Shown here: piece by piece, positions 29,748-39,581 of the stretch
Layout: every line of letters starts with the position of its first letter
How positions within the stretch are numbered: position 1 is the stretch's first letter
Assembly (NCBI GenBank): GCA_039811685.1
Contig: JBDHZC010000009.1
Location: 1-64,000, forward strand
Direction: 5' to 3'
Length of the DNA: 64,000 bases
Source of the DNA: Armatimonadota bacterium
GTDB taxonomy: Bacteria > Armatimonadota > UBA5829 > DSUL01
Program-made: the position numbers and the translations under genes
Notes under the pieces: generated by a model
What the model saw: the letters and a program-made list of their open reading frames with translations, nothing else
Told to the model about the DNA's origin: nothing
Database searches by the model: none

Positions 29748-30095
29748 GTTTTTCTCCTTCTGTGGTCGCTTTCGATCGCGCGAAATACGCCAAAATGTCT
29801 CAGGACTACTGTTATTATAACACACAACGGGCGCGTACAGACTCAGTTTTGTACTCTGGTCTGGTTAGCACTTGGAAACCAGGAAGCATCGAGCGAGGGA
29901 TTGGCGGCTGTGTCAGCGGGCTCGGGAGAACTTGTTGAAAGCAGTCGGCCTGAGATGCAAGGCTGGAGCTACGCAGATGTCGGGAGTGTCGGCGTAAAGC
30001 GTACGCGGAAGGACAAGAAGGGCAGGCGACATCAAAGAAGCCCGCCCTGTCTTTTGTCAGGGGGTAGGAAAACGCCTTGTAAACTGGTGATGGAG

Positions 30096-30347
30096 TCAGT
30101 CCGCAGACTGCGGCTGTGTGGGCGATTTCGACGAGGAGCGGCTTCGGCCTCCGCCAGAGCTTTCACCGCCTTTTCGCCCAATCTCAGCCATGTGCTCGCG
30201 GTTGCGGCTGACGGCCAGTCCGCCTTTTCGCCCAATCTCCGCCATGTGCTCTCTGTTGCGGCTCACGGCATGCCCACCCTTGCGCGCGATCTCTTTCTGC
30301 TTTTTGTTGTCCATTGCGGCAAATCCACGTTCCTCTCGACCTGCCAT
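30096..30347 (-). CDS. KGG-repeat general stress protein (GsiB/YciG-like)
   Basis: RGFAAMD..KQKEIARKGG and repeated SRNREHMAEIGRKGG. Confidence 0.9.
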   Translation of the reverse strand: MAGREERGFAAMDNKKQKEIARKGGHAVSRNREHMAEIGRKGGLAVSRNREHMAEIGRKGGESSGGGRSRSSSKSPTQPQSAD

Positions 30348-30680
30348 TGGTATCGTCCTCCTGATGAACTCTCAGCAGCCGCTCGCAGTATCCGAGCTTC
30401 AGCCGTCTGCGCAGACTCATGCGCTCTGCGGACTCATAGAGACCGGAGAGTGCTTTGCACGCCGGGCATACCCAAAATTTTCAACCCGTGCAGTGGCTGG
30501 ATTTCCCAATCCAGTGTCCGCGCATTCAAGACGCTGAGCCGACAAAGCACCGAGCCGAGCGGGCGCTGCGCTCGAAGAGTTCATACCCGCGCCTCATGAG
30601 GTCAAAACGTGAAAAATAGGGCGCTGCGTATCCATCGCTCTCTTGCGCAAGAGGAACTCCGCAATTTGGACAAAGACGAA

Positions 30681-30737
30681 AAAAGAGCGCAGGAGGCACA
30701 CACCGGGGTTATCAGCGAATGCCTCTCGCGCTCTTTT
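30681..30737. terminator. Bidirectional terminator-like hairpin
   Basis: AAAAGAGCGC..GAGGCA / TGCCTC..GCGCTCTTTT, just downstream of 30779..34285. Confidence 0.6.
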
Positions 30738-30778
30738 AGACTCTGTTGGCTCAGCCTCCGCACAGGGCCAGAGGGTGA

Positions 30779-33700
30779 TTATTTCTGGTAGATGACCCTT
30801 CCGGAAGCATCTTTTCCCACAGCGCCGTTGATTACAACGAAGTCTCCTTCGCTCACTGTCGGAGCCCCATTGGTACTAATTTTCAGGCCATCAGGTGTGG
30901 AATCGTCGTCCAGCATGTAGGAGTCTGCGCCGATTGACCCGGCGCGAACCTTGCCGAATACTTTCACGAAGAGCGCATCCATGTTCGGACGGATCACGGC
31001 CCAGGCTTTGGCTGTGAACGGGAGGACAAGCGACAGTCCAGTCTGAGTGATCGTGTCCAGTTGAATGTAGCGCTCACCGACGCTGGAGGTCATCAGCGTA
31101 CCCTGAAGATTCACCTTTCCACCCTGCAGAACAGTGCTCATGTTCCCCTCAACGCGGATGCCCTGTACGCGGCTTGGCTCGACGATGTAGCCGAAGTCAT
31201 CGCGCTTGAGATAGAGCGACTTGCCCGTCAGCGCGATTTTGGAGCCGTCACTCAGCGCTTCGGCGGAGTGAATGTCCGGCACAGACTGGTAGAAGGAGCT
31301 GAACGCTGGCTGATAACCGTCCGCAACATACAACTTATTCAGCGCCACGTTCTGGCTGCTGGTGTCGAGGACCTGAATCTCATCCAGAAGATACGGTTGG
31401 TCAGCGACGGCTTTGGTAAACTCCAGAGAGATATAGCGGGCGTCCACCGGCGCCGGAAGCGTGATGGTGATATCGCCCTGACCTGTCAGGCCAGTGTTGT
31501 TCCACACGATGGCCTGCTTGAAGCCGTCCCCAACGAAGGTATCAAATACGAAATGGTCGGCCGGAGTGTAGGCGGTGTTGCCATAGGGGATTTTGAACGA
31601 CACAGCGCCATTTGTTGAGGTGAAATCTGTGTTCACACTCGCCACACCCTGATTCCCGGACACACTTCCTGTAACACTGAAGGTCGTCTCAGTCAGGGAC
31701 TGAAGAGTCCAGGTTTCCCGCTTCAGATTCGGAGAGGCCGTGTTGACCTGGACAACAAAGGGCGGGGTGCCCGCTGTGCCAATCAGGCGCGCAGCCACCC
31801 TTGCAGGCTTGGAAGCGCTGTCTGTGTTGGTCTTAGATGTGAGAACGCGAATAGCACTGATTTTCGAGCGGTCCTGAGCGCCAACAACAACCCATCGGAC
31901 AGGGTAGGTTCCGGACGCCGGCGTGAGCTGGCTGTTCGAGTCGTACTGTCCAAGATCTATCAGCACGCCTTTGTTACGCGCGATATTCTTGAAGGCATAG
32001 TAGAACGGCTTGGGGTCGCCGGTTGAGTAGAAGATACCTTCGTGGCTTCCGAACGGCCAGTCTTCTCTTGAGCCTACCGCGTCCAGGTCTATCGCTGGCC
32101 AGTACTGCAGCGCTTTGACATATCCGAGCCTGCGGGCGTACAGCAGGTAACGGCCTCCGTAATCGGCCTGGCGCTCGTCGTTGAGTCCACCGCCCCCTTC
32201 CAGAATGCCACTGCCAACCGCCAGTTCCCCGAAGAAGACCTCCTTGTCCGCGTCGCCATTGGCCAGCATAAGGCTGCGCCCGACCTGATTGCTGCGCAGT
32301 GGCCCGTAAGCCCAGTCAAGGGCGTCCGGAGATTGATTGGAGAAAGAATACGGATGCCACGCTGCCAGGTCGAAATAACCGTTTCCGATGGTGTCGTAAA
32401 TGCGTCCAAGCTGCCAGACACCGCTGTCTGCAAAGCCGCCATTCATCACTTTTGCGCTCGGGTCCGCTGCCTTTATCGCCAGGTAGGCTTCCTTCAGATA
32501 GACACTGTAGATGTTGATGCCGCCCTGGAAAGCCCAGCCCTGGTCCGGCTCGTTCTGTATCTCCCAGAACTTTACGCGATCCTTGAAATGCCCCACTATG
32601 GTTGCGATATAGTCTTTGAAGGGCTGTGGGTTCAGATAGTTGTAAAAAGCCCTGACTTCGCTGTCCGCCGCAAGACGCGGTGGAGACAGCCGGAACCAGT
32701 CCACATCCACGCCGGACGCCTCACTTCCCGTGCACGAAATGCCAACTTTCAGCGGGAAGTTCAGCGGCTGATCCACGGAATAGACTACGCCGTTGTCGGG
32801 GCGGTCCGGCGAGTACCCGGCCGCGAAGAAGGAGATGGTGTCTCCACTCTTGCGGACAGTGATGTAAATCGGTGTCTGCACCAGGAACCCGTATTCGCCA
32901 CTGAGTCCCACAGTGGTCTTTGTCCCACCCACACACCGTACCAGGTACGGCCTTCCAGCGTCGCCCGTCAGACCAAAGCGCAGCCAGTTGTCATCGTCCT
33001 GGTAGATCATGATGCCGCTCTGCCAGTTACCGGCGTTGGGGCCTGGAGAGCCGCCCAGGCGCATGCTGGCGGAGAAGCGTCCGGAGCCGTCCACCGACTG
33101 GTAGAGAAAGTGTCCCGGGGTCTGTCCGTCAGGTGAGGACAGCGGCACGTGCAGGCTGCCCGGAGTGGTCGTGTTGATGTCCCAGCCCGCTGGCGCATTC
33201 ATCCACTGCCACTTCGGATCGAGGGTGGATGAGTTGAAATCGTCTCTGGGGATGTAGTTTGTCAGCGTGCCCTGAAGACGCGTGACGACACCGGTCAGGT
33301 TGTCAAACAAGTAGTCCTGGTCATAGACGTAGGGGTTGTCGATGGAGTCGTAGCTGATCTTGACCGTCGCGCCCAGCGGCGTGCGCCCATGGTTGTAGTA
33401 GTAAACATTGTTGCGGAACTTAACCCGTCCGTCTGTTTCAAGCTGGTAAACATGAGCGTCGTCGGGAGAGTTCAGGATATTGTCCACCCGCGTCCAGAGC
33501 TGGAAGCCGTTGCCATCTTTCTCATCCACCCAGACCTGTTCTGTTCCGACTTTGATGGGCCAATGCTGAACGCGTGGCTGGTCAGTTATCCAGTGGTTGG
33601 TGGTGATGATTTCGTCGTTGTAGCGGGTTGTCGTGTAATCCCCAGGCGTCAGGACTGTGGGCATCACATCCTGGTTGCTGAAGATGATGTTCTGGTGTTG

Positions 33701-34285
33701 AAGCGTGAGCTGATCGCCCGTGAGCTGGCCGGACTCGTCCGCTACGGGCAGATTGGGCGGGTAAACGGGATCGCGCATGCCGTTTGCCCAGGCGGGCGTG
33801 CTGCCAAGCACGGCCGTAATAGACCCACCTGAACCCGTAACAAGGTCCACCGCATCCTGAAGTCCCAGCCAGTTGAAGTCTGTGGCGGATGGGCCGTTCT
33901 GCTGCACGCCGTTCCAGAGAATGTCGTAGCGCAGTCCGGTTATGTTGGCGTCTTTCAGGTATTGCCACTGGACGGGGTAGGTCTGCGGCGCATAGCTGTG
34001 AGGCGCGTTTGTGCCCCAGAAGTTGAACTGCCCGGCCAGATAAGAGGTTCTCGGAAGGCTTGACGCGCCAACGTAGAAAGTAACCCACTTTGAGTCGCTG
34101 GTTGATGAGCTTGCCCGGGCGCCGTCTGTGAGGTTAACATGGGCGTTCAGGTCCAGGGTTGACGCCTGTACACGGCTGTTGGCACACAGCGTAAGACTCA
34201 GAGATGCGCCAGCAGCGGCAAAAGCCAGGGCCGCCAGGCTGCAAGTGCGACGCACGGACGCAGTACAGCGGGTTTTCTCAGTCAT
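30779..34285 (-). CDS. Large secreted clan GH-A (GH39/GH5-like) glycoside hydrolase with inserted beta-sandwich domains and C-terminal OB-like domain
   Basis: AAGGAGG RBS; RYDILW, STPAWA, FWEIQNEPD (acid/base), WHPY, VFFGELA (nucleophile); DDFNSSTLDPKWQW ConA-like insertion. Confidence 0.8.
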   Translation of the reverse strand: MTEKTRCTASVRRTCSLAALAFAAAGASLSLTLCANSRVQASTLDLNAHVNLTDGARASSSTSDSKWVTFYVGASSLPRTSYLAGQFNFWGTNAPHSYAPQTYPVQWQYLKDANITGLRYDILWNGVQQNGPSATDFNWLGLQDAVDLVTGSGGSITAVLGSTPAWANGMRDPVYPPNLPVADESGQLTGDQLTLQHQNIIFSNQDVMPTVLTPGDYTTTRYNDEIITTNHWITDQPRVQHWPIKVGTEQVWVDEKDGNGFQLWTRVDNILNSPDDAHVYQLETDGRVKFRNNVYYYNHGRTPLGATVKISYDSIDNPYVYDQDYLFDNLTGVVTRLQGTLTNYIPRDDFNSSTLDPKWQWMNAPAGWDINTTTPGSLHVPLSSPDGQTPGHFLYQSVDGSGRFSASMRLGGSPGPNAGNWQSGIMIYQDDDNWLRFGLTGDAGRPYLVRCVGGTKTTVGLSGEYGFLVQTPIYITVRKSGDTISFFAAGYSPDRPDNGVVYSVDQPLNFPLKVGISCTGSEASGVDVDWFRLSPPRLAADSEVRAFYNYLNPQPFKDYIATIVGHFKDRVKFWEIQNEPDQGWAFQGGINIYSVYLKEAYLAIKAADPSAKVMNGGFADSGVWQLGRIYDTIGNGYFDLAAWHPYSFSNQSPDALDWAYGPLRSNQVGRSLMLANGDADKEVFFGELAVGSGILEGGGGLNDERQADYGGRYLLYARRLGYVKALQYWPAIDLDAVGSREDWPFGSHEGIFYSTGDPKPFYYAFKNIARNKGVLIDLGQYDSNSQLTPASGTYPVRWVVVGAQDRSKISAIRVLTSKTNTDSASKPARVAARLIGTAGTPPFVVQVNTASPNLKRETWTLQSLTETTFSVTGSVSGNQGVASVNTDFTSTNGAVSFKIPYGNTAYTPADHFVFDTFVGDGFKQAIVWNNTGLTGQGDITITLPAPVDARYISLEFTKAVADQPYLLDEIQVLDTSSQNVALNKLYVADGYQPAFSSFYQSVPDIHSAEALSDGSKIALTGKSLYLKRDDFGYIVEPSRVQGIRVEGNMSTVLQGGKVNLQGTLMTSSVGERYIQLDTITQTGLSLVLPFTAKAWAVIRPNMDALFVKVFGKVRAGSIGADSYMLDDDSTPDGLKISTNGAPTVSEGDFVVINGAVGKDASGRVIYQK

Positions 34286-35606
34286 CTGAGACGATCCTCC
34301 TTTGCTCCGCCTGCGACTTACGCAAGGCAGGAGCCAGCACGCGAAAATTCCTCTTCTCCAGCTCTGCCAACCGCGACCACCTCGCAGAAGGCAGAGTCAG
34401 AGAGTCTTTCTGTCCGCACTGAAGAAGTGCGGTTGCCGCTCGCTTCTCGAATTGCGACCAGGCCAGGTTCCCAGATGGCCGGCTGCGCAAGCGTTGGTAA
34501 GACAACTTTGCAGGTTCAGGTGTCACAGTATAACCGCAATCGACACTGCGTTGCGGGTCTTCAGACGCATCAGCCCGAAACGGCAGCTTCGTATTGACGG
34601 TTGCGTCTCTTACTCCCCGAACAACACGGAAGTCAGGGGCGCAGACAGAACCAGCCTTCCTCGCCCGAGACGCGCGCAGAAGCGGCACTCTTTATATCGT
34701 AGTAGATTTCTCGGCTTCCGTGTTACCAGATTTGCAGGAAAACTCCGTCTGCCGCTTGCCGTTCGTATTATCGTTTACTACATGATCCGGCTCACAGCGA
34801 TTCACACGCCTGCTATCACGTTGCGAGCTTGCGCGGCGCAGTCTGGGAAGGACGCGCGCGATATTCCTGCCTCCGCGAGAACCTGTGCCAACAAGACCTC
34901 TCATACTTATTAAATGCCGTTCTTGGAGGCATTTCCGACAACCATTTGGTGTGTCAGGGCGCACAAAGTTGTCTGCTGAAGAGGCAAATCGCGGTAGCCT
35001 GCTGCGTTATGTTGGGAGCAAAGACAGGTCTTTTTCTCAAAAACCCGTACGTTAGCTGATGTGTGAGTAGAAGAAGAATGGTAAAGTCGTGCATGCCGGT
35101 TCGTCTGCCGGAAGATGGTGCAGCAGCTTTCTTCCGTTCGGCGAAGCGGTACTTCCGGGAAGCAAGAGGAGGCGAGGGGCATTGACAGCCGGTCCAAGCA
35201 CGGCTGCTGTAACCTGCTGCCGAACGGGGCGTCACGGCAGATTCGCCGCCCTCTGACATCACACCACCCAGTCTCAAAACACTGGCGTGCGGGTGTCGGC
35301 TATCCAGGAATGTTGTTCAGGGGCTGAGGCCGGACCGCCGCACTCGCAGAGTTGAGAGGCAAAACGGGCGCCGGTGGTCCGGCCTGGCTTCAGCGCGCCA
35401 CAATCACCCAGGGACCCAGCAGGCACGCCAGACCGTCTGTGTTTTCGGGCTACGCAACCAGACTACGCCTGCCCCGCGCTTCAGAACAATCCTTCGCGTA
35501 TGTGCCTGCGTTCTTAAGAGCATTTCTTCGTGGAAATGCTCTTCAATGGTGTTGTTCCACAGGCGAGAGCGCCCGCGTGAGAATCCTGCTCCCTGCGCGG
35601 CTTCAT

Positions 35607-37907
35607 TTACTCCTCTATCAGAAGCGCCGCGTCTATGAACTGTCCACCGCTGTCTTGATGGCAGTGGATGGCTATGGTGTTGTCACCCTTTTTCAGCGCC
35701 CTTTGGGCCTTGTCTGTCACATCGAACATGGCGTAGCGGTCGGTCCAGCCCTCTCCTGTCCAGATCAGATGGCCATTCAGATACACCTGCGCGTCGTTGT
35801 CGAAGTGCACAATCAGAGCCACGCGCTCTCCCGGCGCAGCGCGCAGCGCGAAGCTTTGCCTCAGCCAGATGTCCGGAGTTGTCCACGGTGTTCCGGTGCG
35901 GCTCTGCCAGTGGTCTTTTTGACCGAAACCTCCCTGTCCGCTTTTCCAGGCAGAATCGTCAAAATCAGACGCCGCCCAGTCTGCAGGCGGTGTGTCTAAA
36001 GAGTACCGCCAGGGTTTGTGGTTTTCATCAACTGCGGCGCCCACGGCTGTTGCCCACTGAACAGTCACCGGGCGATCGGCGGCTGGAGGAGATTTCTCGT
36101 AAGCGGCTTCGCCCTGTGTCATGGCATGGATCCGGGCTATATCCCACTTGGGTTTTCTGTCATAGGTGTAGAGGCCGTTGCGCTCCTGTTCGACGTCAGT
36201 GAGTTGCGTATAGCAGAAACCGAACATCAAAGGATTGTCCAGGAGAGCGTCTGTCAGACCTTTGTAGCGCTCATAAAACTCCGCTTCGTCTTTGGGGGCT
36301 GTACCGTAGCCCCAGCCTTCACCGGTCGGGTTCCACTTGATGCCGCCGTACTCGCTGACGAAAAACGGTATACCGCGATACATATCCTCTCCGCCGTAAC
36401 GGGCTGGAAGGGCGCCCAGGGCTGGTGGACTGCTGAAGCGGTGGCGGAAGGAGGCCGGATTCTGATCGTAGTCGTGAGCGTCAAGGACTTCGGGATCGGG
36501 AAGTGTGTGCGTCCATCCACTGGAGTCTATGACAGGTCGCGACGGGTCCAGCGCTCGCGTGAGGGCTACGATGGTATTCTGCAGCTCACCGGCAGACGGA
36601 GGGGTCTCGTTGAAGGGACACCAGCCGATAATGCACGGGTGGTTGCGGTCGCGCCCGACGATCTCGGTCCACTCACTGACCACCGGCAGATTGGCTTCCG
36701 GGCGCGCATAGTCCAGTCCCCAGTTTGGGTACTCACCCCAGCAGAGATACCCTTCGCGATCCGCCCAGTAGAGAAAACGCGGCTCAAACACTTTCTGGTG
36801 CAGGCGGGCCCCGTTGAAGCCCACGGCTTTCGACAGCAGGATATCCTGATGCAGCGCTTCGTCGGAAGGCGCCGTCCAGATGCCTTCGGGATAGAATCCC
36901 TGATCCAGCACAAGGCGCTGAAATACGCGCTTGCCGTTTATCAGGATGGCCGGTCCCTGAATGCGAACATCGCGCAGGCCGAAATAGCTGTGCAGGCTGT
37001 CAATCGTGTCTTTGCCGCGGCGCAGTGAGAGCTTGAGATCGTAAAGGAACGGTGTTTCCGGCGACCAGATGCGCTTCCTGGACAGCGGGATAATTAATTG
37101 ATTGTCCCGCCAGACGGCGGGAGCCTGCGCGCTTCCGGCTTTTGCGCCGTTCGCCAGCGCCTCTGCTGTGACTTCCAGCCCTTTCGAAGCGCCATCCACA
37201 TCCACCTGTACGACAGCTCGCCCACCAGCAGGGTCCGGCAGAATGCGTACCGCGCTGATGAAACTCTCGCCCACGCCTTCCAGCCAGACGGTTTGCCAGA
37301 TGCCCGTAGTGCGCGTATAGACCGCACCGTGGCTTTCCGGCTGAGCAGACTGCTTTCCGAGCGCCTGCAACCCGCTTCGCGTGTCATCGTAGGCGGCGAC
37401 GACGATTGTATTTTCGCCGGCTTTGAGGCAATGAGTTATCTCAAAGGCAAACGGGGCGCTGCCACCGGTATGCTGGCCGAGAAACACACCGTTCACCCAC
37501 ACGCGCGTGCGCCAGTCTGAGGCGCCAATGTGCAGCCTTGTTCGAGGCGACTTCCACGATGCGGGAAGCGCGAAAGTGCGGCGGTACCAGACGTTTTTCA
37601 CAAAGCCGGTGCGCTGGAGTCCGGAGAGGCGGCTTTCACGGCAGAAGGGCACCAGTATCTTGTCCGGGTAGGGTGCAGAGCTCAGGTAGAGCTCGTCCTG
37701 ATTCTCGTCAGTCTCAGCGAACTCCCAGACGCCGTTGAGGTTCAACCACTCAGCGCGCTGCATTTGAGGAAGTGGGTGCTCCGGGCGCGGGATGTCCGGC
37801 GGCTGATGACTTTGAGCCGCACTCACGCGGACGGCCGCGGGCAGCAGCACAGCGAGCGCCAGAGCGACTTTGAGCGCAAGAGTTGCTTCTGGGAGAGAGA
37901 CGAGCAT
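35607..37907 (-). CDS. Exported GH2 glycoside hydrolase (beta-galactosidase/glucuronidase-like) with C-terminal sugar-binding domain
   Basis: PRPEHPLPQMQR..WLNLNGVW, TGIWQTVWLE, LDQGFYPEG, WCPFNE, VSEYGG, YTQLTDVEQE. Confidence 0.92.
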   Translation of the reverse strand: MLVSLPEATLALKVALALAVLLPAAVRVSAAQSHQPPDIPRPEHPLPQMQRAEWLNLNGVWEFAETDENQDELYLSSAPYPDKILVPFCRESRLSGLQRTGFVKNVWYRRTFALPASWKSPRTRLHIGASDWRTRVWVNGVFLGQHTGGSAPFAFEITHCLKAGENTIVVAAYDDTRSGLQALGKQSAQPESHGAVYTRTTGIWQTVWLEGVGESFISAVRILPDPAGGRAVVQVDVDGASKGLEVTAEALANGAKAGSAQAPAVWRDNQLIIPLSRKRIWSPETPFLYDLKLSLRRGKDTIDSLHSYFGLRDVRIQGPAILINGKRVFQRLVLDQGFYPEGIWTAPSDEALHQDILLSKAVGFNGARLHQKVFEPRFLYWADREGYLCWGEYPNWGLDYARPEANLPVVSEWTEIVGRDRNHPCIIGWCPFNETPPSAGELQNTIVALTRALDPSRPVIDSSGWTHTLPDPEVLDAHDYDQNPASFRHRFSSPPALGALPARYGGEDMYRGIPFFVSEYGGIKWNPTGEGWGYGTAPKDEAEFYERYKGLTDALLDNPLMFGFCYTQLTDVEQERNGLYTYDRKPKWDIARIHAMTQGEAAYEKSPPAADRPVTVQWATAVGAAVDENHKPWRYSLDTPPADWAASDFDDSAWKSGQGGFGQKDHWQSRTGTPWTTPDIWLRQSFALRAAPGERVALIVHFDNDAQVYLNGHLIWTGEGWTDRYAMFDVTDKAQRALKKGDNTIAIHCHQDSGGQFIDAALLIEE

Positions 37908-38076
37908 GTCTGGATAGTGTCCTGTCAGGGTTTGTGGGTGTCTTATCGTTTGTGTAACGGGTTACCTGCACCACTTTTGTGCGGTCTAGTGGCTTTATGG
38001 GGCGGATATTTCCGTCATGGGCGGATTTCGTGCCGGTCGCCACGCTTCTGGCTTTTCGATACAATCTGCAACGAGC

Positions 38077-38694
38077 ATGGAGACAGAGCGAAACTCCAGT
38101 CAACACAGACGGATTGTGGTGTCCCTGGGCGGCGCCAGCGGGAGCGCTTACGGCGTGGAGTTCCTGCGTCAGGCATCCCGCATCTGGGACCACGTCTGGT
38201 TGACGTTCAGCTCACAGGCGCTTACAGTGGCCAACCACGAGCTGGGTCTGAAGGGTTTTGACCCGGAGAAGGACCTGCGCCTGGGAGAGTTTGCGCACAG
38301 AGTGCATCTGCTCAATCCCAAAGACCTCGCCGCTGCGCCCTCCAGTGGCTCCTGCCGCTATGACGGTCTGGTTGTCGTTCCGTGCTCGATGGGGACGCTC
38401 GGGCGCATCGCGCATGGAGTGTCAGACGATCTTACGACCCGGGTGGCTGACGTGTGCCTCAAGGAGCGCCGGAAGGTCGTTCTCGTTGTGCGGGAGACTC
38501 CTTTGTCCGCCATTCATCTTCGCAATATGCTTTCCGTGACGGAGAGCGGAGCGATTGTGCTTCCGGCATCCCCGGCCATGTATCACCAGCCGAAGACTGT
38601 TCAGGATATGGTAGAGTTTGTCGTGGCGCGTATTGTGCAGACGATGGGGATGGAGCAGAAGCTGATGCGCGGATGGCGGGAGGATGAGCTTTGA
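38077..38694 (+). CDS. ubiX: Flavin prenyltransferase UbiX
   Basis: GASGSAYG, SSGS, PCSMGT, LKERR, RETP. Confidence 0.95.
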   Translation: METERNSSQHRRIVVSLGGASGSAYGVEFLRQASRIWDHVWLTFSSQALTVANHELGLKGFDPEKDLRLGEFAHRVHLLNPKDLAAAPSSGSCRYDGLVVVPCSMGTLGRIAHGVSDDLTTRVADVCLKERRKVVLVVRETPLSAIHLRNMLSVTESGAIVLPASPAMYHQPKTVQDMVEFVVARIVQTMGMEQKLMRGWREDEL

Positions 38695-39578
38695 GCGCCT
38701 CCGGCCTGCGCCGAAGCGGGCAGCCGGGGCTGATTGTGCGTCTGGCTTCTCTGGTCAAGTTTGAGCACACTGTTTTTGCCTTGCCTTTTGCTTTTATGGG
38801 GGCGGTGGTAGCCGCGAACGGGCTGCCTTCGCTGCGGGTGTCTCTTCTGATTCTGGCTGCTATGGTGGGAGCGCGCACGGCGGCTATGACATTCAACCGG
38901 ATCGCCGATGTCGAGATTGACCGGCGCAATCCGCGCACGCAGGGCCGGGAGCTGGTGACGGGTGTGGTGAGCGCGGCTCAGGCGTGGGTGCTGCTGGCAG
39001 CGTCGGTCGCGCTGTTTGTTCTGGCGGCGTGGCAGCTCAACGCGCTGGCGCTGACGCTTTCGCCGGTCGCGCTGCTGGTTGTGCTGGGATATTCTTTCAC
39101 GAAGCGCTTCACCTCGCTGTCCCATGTGGTGCTGGGGCTGGGACTGGCGATCGCTCCGGTTGGCGCGTGGATAGCGGTGCGCGCTTCCGTTGCCCTGCCC
39201 GCCTTTATTCTTGCCGCGGCGGTGGTGAGCTGGACGGCTGGCTTCGACATCATTTACTCTATGCAGGATACGGACTTTGACCGCAACGAGCGTCTGTTCT
39301 CGCTGCCGTCGAGGCTGGGGGAAGCCGAGGCGCTGTGGGTGGCGCGCGCTTTGCACGCGGCGATGGTAGTGATGCTGGTGTGGTTTGGGCAGGAGGCCGG
39401 ACTGGGAGCGGTTTACGGCGTGGCGGTCATTCTGGTGGCGTTGTTTCTGGTTTACGAGCACTCGCTGGTGTCACCGGATGATAAGAGCCGGATCAACGTC
39501 GCATTCTTCACGCTGAACGGGGTGGTCAGCATTACGCTTTTTGTGCTGACGCTTGTGGATATTCTCGCCGGGATTTGA
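38691..39578 (+). CDS. ubiA: UbiA-family polyprenyltransferase (MqnP-like)
   Basis: KFEHTVFALPF, NRIADVEID..NPRT, GFDIIYSMQD. Confidence 0.92.
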   Translation: MSASGLRRSGQPGLIVRLASLVKFEHTVFALPFAFMGAVVAANGLPSLRVSLLILAAMVGARTAAMTFNRIADVEIDRRNPRTQGRELVTGVVSAAQAWVLLAASVALFVLAAWQLNALALTLSPVALLVVLGYSFTKRFTSLSHVVLGLGLAIAPVGAWIAVRASVALPAFILAAAVVSWTAGFDIIYSMQDTDFDRNERLFSLPSRLGEAEALWVARALHAAMVVMLVWFGQEAGLGAVYGVAVILVALFLVYEHSLVSPDDKSRINVAFFTLNGVVSITLFVLTLVDILAGI

Positions 39579-39581
39579 TCT

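Noticed and set aside
30096..30347. 54-nt tandem DNA repeat
   Set aside because: Explained by the KGG protein repeats.
34400..34495. Assignment as a c-di-GMP class I or II riboswitch
   Set aside because: Lacks the GNRA tetraloop of class I and the GCAC/GUGC pseudoknot of class II; kept only as an unclassified leader.
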